This document shows, in pieces, positions 1-10,060 of a stretch of DNA of 64,000 nucleotides. The notes beneath the pieces were generated by a model that worked only from the letters and a program-made list of their open reading frames with translations, searched no databases and had not been told where the DNA came from. Both the position numbers and the translations under genes were made by a program. The first letter of the stretch is position 1; every line of letters begins with the position of its first letter. Source of the stretch: Psammoneis japonica (taxonomy: Eukaryota); the NCBI GenBank assembly GCA_008632985.1, contig QPGO01000134.1:1-64000 (forward strand), read 5' to 3'.

Positions 1-439
1 CTTGAAAGTGTTAATTTGAGAATTGGGAGGTTAATATGATGTAATGTTGAATATGATAGTCATTCAACCAAATTCAGAGTACTCTAAGTCCTCACTGTAA
101 CCGTTCATAAGTAACGGCAAGCACCATACAACATCCACTGCAGCTTGAGATGACTTGATTGACAAAAAGGACAATTGTGTGTGGGAACCGAGAAGAGACC
201 CGATCAGCACATCGCTGATCCGGGGAACTTCTAAAACGGCCCCTTGAATGTCTACAGCAATGCGCCAGTTAAAACACACATGTGTCAGAGAGCGAGGGCA
301 CACACTGTCATGGAGCGTGCGCGTGCCTGTCTTGTCCACTCTTCCACTCGTGGTGCAAGAAACACACACACCATTGGAGCCACTTGGCTCAAACTCAAAA
401 CTGGATGCATGCGAAGAAGGGAGCGCAGACATTGGGAAG

Positions 440-1215
440 AAACCCTCAACTCCAATGTGGTGCCATGCAGCGAGCGTCAATCCGCTCAACAATGTGTGGT
501 GTGCTCGCAGCACTGAAACAACCCTGTTCTTGGTGCGGACTTGTGCAATTCGAAGCGGGCCACTGAAAGCTCAAGCTTCCAGCTTCGACAGATTTGCAAA
601 CTCAATCAGTGCATCTTGTCCATCTGGACAATTGCAGGAATGGTGCTTTGCATTCTGTCCTTGTGCATTCTTGTTGACTGGCACTTGAGGGTTGGCTTGA
701 ATCGCAGCAAGATGGGGGCAATCCTCAGCAGATCCAAAATCATGTCATGTTGGAACACCAGAGCTCCACTTGAAATGCCCACAGACCTTGAGTGGAAGCA
801 TTGCAGTGCATGAGATGCAGTGGCAAGGGCATTGTCCACTGTCCCTTTGGCCTGTTGAACATTCAAAGGAGGGTCGGCAACAACCACAGTGCACAAAACA
901 TTGGCTGCGGTCTGGTGCATTCATTCAGAGAGACAGCATTGGCTGCAGGATTGCGAGACATTGTCAGAGCAGCAATGCCCATGCCCACTTGATTCAGCAA
1001 CATTTGAAACTCCCAACCAACAAACTTGCCGCCATTGTCATGGATGCATCGATTTGGTCCAGGACAATGAGCTGATCAAAGGTTGCAAAATTTGTTTGCA
1101 ACATGCTGAGAAATCTTGTTGTCAATGCGCGCAAGCTTGGTCAATCCAGCAAAGGCATCAATGCAGGTGAGGGCACTGAATTTGATCTCTTGAACTTGAG
1201 TTGGAATCTTCCAGG
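440..1215 (-). mobile_element. Decayed Ty3/gypsy element, integrase core and C-terminal part (left fragment, split by the copia insertion)
   Basis: Minus-strand translation resembles a gypsy integrase: W-KIPTQVQEIKFSALTCIDA...CIHDNGGKFVG...MHQTAANVL...VDNALATASHAL...GALVFQHDMIL. It has stops and frameshifts and is TpA- and CpG-poor. The left end is approximate. Confidence 0.8.
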
Positions 1216-1491
1216 TGACAGAAAATGAAGGCAAATGGCAAGAATTCAAACAATGACTCCTTGCTGCTGTCTAAATGGCAGATGAGTCTCCGCTCAGAGA
1301 CCGTTGCAGGAGCCGAAAGACGTGTGAGTCGGTGTGATCGGGCTGCTGTTGTTGTTCTTGTGAGCCTTGTGGCTTGAAAGCAAACTGCATCGCGCGTGAA
1401 CGCGCGGAACTAAAGCACACAAAACTGTGCACGGCAAACTAAACAGCGCGCGACACTTCGCGCGCACCCAAATCCTGTTCAAATCCTGTCA
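1216..1491 (-). repeat. 3' LTR of the copia element (TpA-mutated copy)
   Basis: Colinear with 8045-8320, without indels and with 13 substitutions. It is preceded on the element strand by a purine-rich tract. Confidence 0.97.
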
Positions 1492-4400
1492 CTCCCCAGT
1501 TTGCTTGAGGAGCCACAGAAACAGATTCGACTTCGGATGGAATGAAGTTCCAGAACATGAGGGGGTGGAGAAGGTCCCAGATTTGGGAGCAACCCCAATG
1601 CTTGCTGAGAATGTCAGCAGGGTTGCGGGAGCCTTCGATGAAGTGGAGCTCAAGGCAACCAGAGGCAATTGCCTCGCGCACACGGTGGAACGACAGTGCG
1701 GTGTGTCGCTTGTGTAACTTGGAGTGCGGGATGGTGGCACTGTCTACAACTGACTTGTTGTCACCAAACATGTAACTAACGTTGCGGATCGGGACACCAA
1801 GGCAGCGCAGGGTGATGCGCAGGTCGACAATCTGCTCAACACAAGTCCTTGCGGCAACAAATTCAGACCCGCAGGTCGCAGTCTCCACGGTGGCTTGTTT
1901 CTTAGAGAACCAATCAGCCGGGAATTTGTTGAGGAAGTGGAGCATTCCCATGACAGAGCGTCCGGTGAGCATGCAATGGCACAAGTTTGCATCGACGCAG
2001 TGGGTGGCAGTGACGAACTTGCCAAGGGGCGGTGGAGCGTCCTTCGGGATCATCTCTTCTGCTTCACCACACACGGAATGCATCCATTCACAGGCCGGAG
2101 CAGGGAGATCCGAATGGTTGGGCTCTTCCGTGTGAACGCGGAGAGCACCGTGTCGCATCTTGGAGAGGTGCCCACAGACGCTTTGGCACGATCCAAGTGG
2201 CCTTGAGGGGCGCAGCTCGGAAGCTAGAGAGTGACATGACGGCCGTGGCAATGTCAATTCGACCAAGGGACACTGCCCATTGGAGTGAGCCAACAAGAGA
2301 CTGGAACTTGTGAATGCCATCGGGTCCCAGCAGTTCGGAAGTGTCCAGTTCGGGGTGGTCACCCTTCTCTAGAGGTGACAGGGGTTGGTGGCAGGTTTCT
2401 CCCCAAACAGTCGGGCACAGCTGTCGACCATGCGCTCGATGTACTTGCGCGGAGACAGGCACAAGGTTCCGTCGGGTTCCCGGGAAAAGTCGCAACCCAG
2501 ATGGAACTCAATGGGTCCCGTGCCCTTGAGCTTGAACTTGTGCTTTTCTGTGAGAGTGTCGACGAAAGATTGAGGGTCCTTCATGGCAATGGCAAGGTCA
2601 TCCACATAAACGGCAATGCATTCACAGTGGTCGCCGTTCCTGCGCATCCAAATGTTGGGTTCTGTGCGGCAGGGGAAGAAGCCTTCAGCTCGCAGGCAGT
2701 CGGCGAAGCGCTCGTGCCAGCGGAGACCGGAGCTGCGCAGTCCATGCAGTGCCTTGTGGATGACAAGGATGTGTCCTTCGAGTTTGCCGAACTCGGGTCC
2801 AGCTGCAATGTAAAGCTTCTCCTTGGTGGTGGCTTCAAGGTGGGCATTGCCAATGTCGGTGGCCCATGTCTCCAACTCGTTGAGTTCGGCCAGGAAAATC
2901 ATCAGCCGAAGGCCACGGAGGGAGACTGCTCCGGAGTGGACACTGTCGACAGGTACGTCCGTGAGGTGCCCGTCGGCTACGAGTCGTGCCTTGTGGCGAC
3001 CGTCGTGTTTCACGTCGTACACTGGGTGCACTCGGATCTTCTTGTGTCCCGCAGGAGGAGTGGAAGACTTGAAGGGCCCGCAGTCATGGAAGACTTCGCA
3101 TTCGTCGAGTTGGTCCATCTCGAGATTAGTTGCATCTCCCCACTTGCGGTTGCCGTTGTGTTCGTCTGGTGACATGGCGTGTTTGTAGTTCCGGGGAACT
3201 TCGCATCCATGCTTGCAGCGAGGTGCAGTGCGGAAGGAGCGAAGCTTGGCTTGGTTGGCCATGCGAAATAGCTTCTTTTGGTGCCTCGCGATGGTGCGGA
3301 ACCGCTTCCAGCCATCCGTGTCGAGGAGTCCATTCTCTCGTGCATAGATGGCACAGGTGACAGGGTCGTCCTTGGCGATGATGGCAAGAGGCTCGGACGT
3401 GATCTCCCCACTTTCCCATTCAAGCATGATGTTGTAGCTGGAGCCTTTCCAGGTTGGGTCATGAGGCTTCAGAGGTCCTTCGTGTGACACGATGCATCGA
3501 AATTTCCAAATGGTGGTGTCTTCGTCTTCTTGCTCAATGTGATTCATGATGTCATTGCAGGCAAGGACTTCCTCGCATTCGTCATTGTTGACAGAGCAGA
3601 CGAACTTAGTGAGCTCGGGATTGCCGTTCACTTTCCATTCGTGGTCTTCGATGGCCTTGACGATGCGAGCTCTGTGGCGTTGTCCGTCCTCTTGTGGCTG
3701 CATGAGGAAGGTACGTCCAATGATGTCTTGCGGATCGAAAACTGGCATCTTGGGTGTCCTGATCTCCCCATCAGGAGAGTCGACGGGGTTGTCGTCATGG
3801 CGAGATTTGATGATGGGTTCAGGTGGCTCCCCATCAGGAGGATCAAGATGCAGGTTTCGAACGGCGGGATCGGGGGCAGCAGAGCGGACGTTGGACCGGT
3901 GGAGGATCTTCTGAGTCTCGTCAGATAGAATCTTGAAGGTCATCTGGTGGCCGACGTGCTCAGCAATGCCAACGAAGCGTCCACGCAACTCACGGGATTC
4001 GGACGGCCAATCGGAGTCATCGAGGTGGAAGTGCACGGGTTCCCACCAGTGAAAGCGAAGCAATGGGCTGATGTCCAGGGTGGAGCCAGTGAGAGTCTCG
4101 AGGGGCATGCGCCAGTGGAGACGTGGGGACGCTGCATGGTTGAGTGTGAAGCATGCGCACATGAGCGCCAGCAGCCATGCATGGGCGGGCGAACCAAAAC
4201 GATCCATGACAGTGTTCGTCATGCGCTTCACGGTCTGGTGTCGACGCTCGGCAAAGTTTTGGTGTTGCTGGTGAGGCTCACTTTGCCAGCTAGAGATGAA
4301 GAGGGCACGTAGGATCCCGAGCACTTTGTTGCTGATCTCAACTTGAGCACGGTCGCTGGTGAGTTTGGATGGGGCGCCACGTTCGCGGATCTGATCCTCG

Positions 4401-7105
4401 AGTGTGTTGACAAACTCTTTGTCCGTCTCAGTGCCGCAGACGTCAGTGACGGTAGACTCGGTGCCAACAAACAGTTGGGCGCTGGTGCAGCCAGAGTCGA
4501 CGGCCGGGGTGTCGGCACAAACGGTGTCAGTGGCGACAGGCTCGTTGCGGCGGTGCACATTAAGGGCGGGGTTGGGTGATTTGCAGGCCTTGCGAAGGTG
4601 TGTGCCGGCGGGCATGCGGGCGCACTGCGTGGTGCAGTCAAAAGTACGATGGACCGTGTCGGCAGGTGGGAAGCCAAAGCAAGGCCGAAGAGACTCGAAG
4701 GGGGGGTCCTTGGGCTGTGCAGTGCGCTCCGGAGGTGGAACGGCATCGCCCTGGGGGCCAATTGCATGCAGATGACACTTGCAGAACACGTCGTCGTTCG
4801 GAATGAGGTGATCATCGAGGGCGGACGCGTGATCGGCAGACAAGGAAGTGGACATGATGGTCTCGTTGACAACGACACGATGACGGCAGTTGCCGCATTC
4901 GTCAAATGGGTTGGCAGTGGGATCGTCCTGCAGGTCAGAGATCGCGTCGCACCACTGGTCGTCGTCAGTGACAGAGTGATCGAGGACGGAAGGGTCCCAT
5001 GTGTCATCACCGGTGAGGATGACATGGGGCAGGGTGTCCCATTCGGCATCAGTGTGGGGTCGCATGGCAACACAAGGCAGGCCAGCCTTGATGTCAATGG
5101 GGATGACACAGCCATCAGGAGTGGCAATGCGTTGCAAGCCGTTGGGCACCTTGACAGAGCGGTCGTTGACATCCTGTTTGCACCATTCGAGCTGGCCGCA
5201 GGAATGGATGGTCTTGCCCTTGCCCGTGCATGCGCACTGATGGAGGATGGCGATGACGGGACCACGCTGGGTCTCAATGACGGCACCAGCGGTGACAATG
5301 GGGATGTCCACCAATTGATGATCGTCAATGCCCTGAACATCGACTTGGCGAGAGGTGCGTGCAATGATGCGAACGTCGTCGCCAGCAATGCCGCCGTTGG
5401 CCCCACGATCGACTAGAGCGCCAGTGCGTGTGGAGCGATGAGCAGAGGCAGAGTGAATGACATTGTGGTTGTCAACGCGGCGGCAAGTGCGGCCGTTAAG
5501 TTCTGTGTCATCTGCAGAAGCTGGCGGGGCAGAGGAAGCGGCGGATGGCCCCGGTCGACTGGCATTGGGGGCTTGGTTGGGAGACAACAGACGTTGCAGA
5601 TCACCGGGTGGCAGTGGCTTGCGCTTGGTGAGGTGCGCCAGGATGGGATCATCCGAAGTGGTGTCCACATGTGGAGCGGAGTCACCAGAGTCAGCAGGAG
5701 TCGTGTTGGACAAGTTGACATCACCGTCACTCCCAAGGCGTTGGTCGTGAAGGTTGGCCGCAACAGACTCATGGTGGTTGCTGGCTCGCGGGTTGCGGGG
5801 AGGTGGACAAGAATGCTCAAGGATGATCGCCTTGGAGGAATCGGGCAACGAATCCCAGAGCCGTTGGTGGTCGGGAGGGAGACGTCTCCATTGGACACCG
5901 GTGAGGCTGGGACCGCGGGTGCAGGCAGCATTGGCTTGAAGGACGTCAACGTCGCTGTCAATGTCACAGAACACATCGTCGGACGGTTCCTCGGAGTAGA
6001 CGGCGTGTGCGTGTGTGGCGCGTCGGGGAGCTCGAGGTGTCGTCTTGGGTTGAAACGTGCTGTCGCACTGAGCTGCCGCGGAGAGGAGCAAGCCACAGCA
6101 TTGATCGCATGTGAGGCTCTTGCCACTCTGCGTACGATGCTGATCAGCTTGGTTCTTGACAGCACGGAGTTCCTCGACAGGGTGCACGGCATTCTCGAGC
6201 ATGACGCGCTTCTGTCCTTCAGAGAAGTGGTCGCTGGCCGGGATGAGTGCCTCGTGCTTGCGCAACTGATCTTGCCAATGAAGGATGAACCCGTGGGTCG
6301 GACCTTTCCAAGTGCCATCACCAAGACGCGCGGTGGTGAGGTGCGTGAGCAGGGTGGAGGACTCGACAGATGCGCGGGTGGAGGCAAGCGCGCACTCAGA
6401 CAAGGAGCGGCAGACGGTCTGTGCGTCAGAAGACCCCACATTTTCGCGAATGAGAGCCTTGCCCTTGTCGGTGAGAAGGATGCATTCGAAGACGGCGAAC
6501 ATGTGCTTTTGCTGTTCAGCAAAGAGCAGTTTGTCTTCAGGGCTGGTCGGTTTGTACGACGAGTCTAGAACGCACTCGACGTCTTGGGCACGGGCTTGTG
6601 CCACAAGTGAGGTGTGCCAAGTGTGCCACTGCTTGTCGGATTTGAGAGCCGTGAAAGCAGTGGGATCACGCTTGATGCCTCGCTTGAAGTCCCGCACTGG
6701 GTCGCATGCCTTGGTCGGGTTGGTGACATGTGGAGGTGCAAGGGGTGAGCTGCCGATGGACACAGAAGACATGCAGTCGGGGCTGAGGCGGTGGGCAAGG
6801 AACTCGTCATGCGTGAACAAAGAGGAGTCATTGGCAACGTCAAGACCTTTGTGTGCTTTGACAATGCACAGACTGACCAGTGCTGCTAACATGTTCTTGT
6901 AACCACGGGGCAAAGGGATCACATTGGTGCCGTTGTCGCACTCAAGCGAGTCGATTTGGGACGGCATGAACGTGAACAGTTCCTGATGCGAGTCCGTGCC
7001 GTCTTGGGCCAAAGCCAAACGAAGAGGACTCCCAGCACCTTGGGCAAGCACGGTTCCAACCACGTGCTCGAAACCATCGGTTTGTTGCTGACGAGTGAGA
7101 ACCAT
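1439..7105 (-). pseudogene. Copia gag-pol polyprotein (gag, aspartic protease, integrase, RT, RNase H), hypermutated with about 2 frameshifts near 2380 and 2190
   Basis: Motifs: ALVDRGANGG (protease), SDRAQVE and QNFAERR (integrase), HKARLVADG, DIGNAHL and YVDDL (RT), SKKQATVETAT, FGDNKSV and NPADILSK (RNase H). Covered by ORFs 2369-7135, 2088-2495 and 1439-2362. Confidence 0.95.
1492..1503 (-). promoter_or_regulatory. Polypurine tract (plus-strand primer site)
   Basis: The element strand reads ...AAACTGGGGAG immediately before the 3' LTR TG. Confidence 0.7.
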
Positions 7106-8030
7106 GGCAGACAAAAGTGGTGTCAGGACAATCAATTCTGGCTGGGAAGAGAAGGTGGACTCGAAACTTGGGTGAGAATGGACTTGACTTGAAACAGACT
7201 TGACTTGAAATCTTGAACTGTCTTGAAATCAGAAGTCGCCGGGCTTTGTCATCCCGTTCGTTGTCAAGTGCTAAACTTCCCATCCGGTCCGTAGAGTTGT
7301 GCCGGCACGTCCGAACCCGCAGCTGGCGGCACTTTGGGTTGCTTGCGAGCGGAGCAGCGGGTTGTAAACCCCTGCAGGCAAGCTGACTAGAGGTGGACAA
7401 GACCCCTGAACCGTTCTCATTTTGTGTCGGTTGGATTTCCCGATCAGGCTGGCCAGTTGACGCAGGCGTTGGGCGCTGTGGACGAACGAACAAACGCGGG
7501 AAAGCACCCTCGCCCCAACGCAGGCTGCAACCACGGCTGCTTGCTCTCACAGTCATCCTTGTGGACCTAGTAGAACTGTAGAGCACCAGCAGTCCGGGGT
7601 AGATCAGGTACAATGGACTCGGTGTGCTTGTAGAGTGGTGGCAAAACCGCAGTCCGAAGAGTGGGTACAGGTTCTTGGCCGTGAAGATGTGTATATATAT
7701 ATATGTCTTCAGCGACGAAGATCCTTGAATATGTAGGGTTCTTGACCGTTAACCGATGAATAGGTATATCAAGGGATGAGGATCAAGGATAGACTTGGAT
7801 ATGACCGTTGAATGTATGTCTTCAGCGATCAAAGGTAGTATAATCAATCCAGATATCCAGCGGTAAGGAGACTTGACGGTGACGTTAACTTCCTGCCGAT
7901 GCCCTGGTATTGAATGCGCGTAGACTTGCCGATGTATGTAGGATATATACGGAGGTCCACGTAGAATTGAAATAGCGTCGTTGGTAAATCAACGACGACG
8001 ATGGCGGTTGCTCAATGGGTTGACAATGAG

Positions 8031-8044
8031 CAAGACTGTTAATC
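8031..8044 (-). promoter_or_regulatory. Putative primer-binding site complementary to the anticodon arm (5' half) of tRNA-Asn(GUU)
   Basis: The plus strand reads CAAGA-CTGTTAA-TC and abuts the 5' LTR. There is no TGG (anti-CCA) type PBS. Confidence 0.6.
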
Positions 8045-8320
8045 TGACAGAAAATGAAGGCAAATGGCAAGAATTCAAACAATAACTCCTTACTGCTGTC
8101 TAAATGGCAGATGAGTCTCCGCTCAGAGACCGTTACAGGAGCCGAAAGACGTGTAAGTCGGTATAATCGGGCTACTGTTATTATTCTTGTGAGCCTTGTG
8201 GCTCGAAAGCAAACTACATCGCGCGTGAACGCGCGGAACTAAAGCACACAAAACTGTGCACGGTAAACTAAACAGCGCGCGACACTTCGCGCGCACCTAA
8301 ATCCTGTTCAAATCCTGTCA
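8045..8320 (-). repeat. 5' LTR of the copia element (TpA-intact copy)
   Basis: 276 bp with TG...CA ends, followed by the CCAGG duplication. It retains 15 TpA sites. Confidence 0.97.
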
Positions 8321-10060
8321 CCAGGGCTCAGCAAGAAGGTCAACTGCTGCTTCTGACCAGAGCTGACAGTGTGTGCTTGACGTTGTGGCAATTCTCTGCA
8401 TCCAGGACCAAGTTGCTTGAAATGTTGACATGCATCACAAACAAACTCATCACAACATCAATGCAATGCAGGGTGATGCAGGCAAGGGTGGGTGCTCTCA
8501 TGCAGATGTGTGACTCCACAATGGCCCAACACATGATGACAACAAGGGAGAACATCAGGCACAACAACACCGCTGGAACTCAAATCTTCCACACTCCAGG
8601 TGGGTCATTCAAATGAAAATGACAACAAATGAGAGGATGCTGGTTTAAGATCTTGGCCATGAATTGCTGAGGATTCTGCTGTTGCTTCTGATTCAACTGG
8701 GGGTCTTTGAACTGGGACTGCACAAACATGGAATGCTGGTGGGCTGTGGCTCAGGCAAGCCAAGAGTGCTTCTGCTGCAGTCATTGCCTTCATCTTGTTG
8801 AAATGCATTCTGACATGCGCCCAACCAGTGGAGCTGGCTCTTGCCTGTCAACTCATTGATGCAAGCAAGTGAAAACAAAAAGGTCACACATTGTGACAGT
8901 GGGTTGACTTGCGGCACCCAAAAACAAATGCAGTTGTGTGCAGCAGTCTGTGGAGGTTGCACGCAAAGGATGGCTTTGACTTTCTTCTTCTGCAGCTTGA
9001 CTCCATTTGGCATGAGCCAATGTCCCAGAAAATCCATCTCCTGAGCACACCATTTGCATTTCAACAGATTCACCTTCAAGCCATTCTCCTTGAGATGATG
9101 TGACACCTTGTTGAGACAAGAAAGATGAGAGTCAAAGCAAGCGTCAAAAGCGCCAATGTCATCAACACAGGCTTCAACATCCAAACCATGTGAAATCTTT
9201 GCAATGATGGACTGCACAATTCTGGAGCCAGCTTTAATCCCACAGCCATTCAACAGCACTGAAACCCACTGCAGGGAGCTGCAATTGTTGCTGGCTCCTT
9301 GCTTTCTTCATCCAGCTCCAAATCATGACAGAACATTGTGAGGTCAATCTTTGTGAAGAGCTTGTGTCCCGCTCTCCAATGCAGCACATCTTGAATCACT
9401 GGCAGAGGATGGACCATGCCCACTGCACACAGCCATCTTTCTTTGGAATGACTGCAGGTCCACATGGTCACAGTGCTCCCAGCTCCACCAAATGCTGCAG
9501 CTCCTTCTTGAATGTTTCTTCATTGGCTCAAGGAAAAGCAAAAGGTTTTGAATGACAAGGCACAGCATTTTCATCTGCTTCCAGGTGCACCTTTTCATGA
9601 GGTCAATGGCCCAGCATTCCATCAAACAGCCTTGAGCACTTCTCCAACACCGCCAGCAGCTTTGTCTTTTGTTCTTTAAGTCAAATGATCCAAATTTTGA
9701 ACAATGTCCAAAGGATCCATTGCTTCATGCTTGGCATCCAACACACAGCTGTCGCATCCGTTGTTGCAGCCACAACCCAACTCATCCTTGCAGTCTTCAT
9801 CAAACTCATCCATTTGATCTAGAGCCACACCAATTGCAGGACTTGGACCAATGGCAAGGTTCTGTCATTAGAATCTTGCGGTCTGGCCAGCACAGAGTTC
9901 TTGCATTGTGGTTCAAATGGGGTCCAATCTTGTCCAAGAAATCTCAACCCAAAATGATGTCATGCACACACGGAGCATCAAAAACATGAGCAACAATGCA
10001 GCCATCAACTCTTTTCATCTTGTTGAATGCTGGCAGCACAATGTTCTTTGTGTTGCCACA
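8321..10060 (-). mobile_element. Decayed Ty3/gypsy pol (protease, RT, integrase HHCC region), continuous with 440-1215
   Basis: IVLPAFNK...VFDAPCVHDIILG*DFL (protease), FTKIDLTM and EACVDDIGAF...GLKVNLLKCKW...DFLGHWL (RT), HHVLGHCG...CDACQHFK (integrase zinc finger). The reading frame joins across the duplication as EPW|KIP. Confidence 0.88.

Larger units (their letters stand above)
1216..8320 (-). mobile_element. Full-length Ty1/copia LTR retrotransposon (diatom CoDi-like)
   Basis: Two 276-bp TG...CA LTRs (1216-1491 and 8045-8320), a 5-bp target site duplication CCAGG (1211-1215 and 8321-8325), and an internal gag-PR-IN-RT-RH domain order. Confidence 0.97.

Noticed and set aside
2285..6902. 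Long plus-strand ORFs (295, 272, 376 and 205 aa) antisense to gag-pol, and alternative-frame ORFs
   Set aside because: Shadow ORFs. TpA loss removes TAA/TAG stops in all frames, and no independent motifs are present.
1439..7135. Alternative genetic code (TGY or CAY read as Tyr) as an explanation for Tyr->Cys/His
   Set aside because: Host genes use normal Tyr and Cys codons at conserved positions, and the same changes occur in non-coding LTR sequence.
1216..8320. Classical RIP (CA->TA, TG->TA) acting on the 5' LTR instead, i.e. the opposite polarity
   Set aside because: Conserved protein motifs show Tyr (TAY) is ancestral and Cys/His derived, and the intact host gene has TA where its pseudogene has TG/CA.
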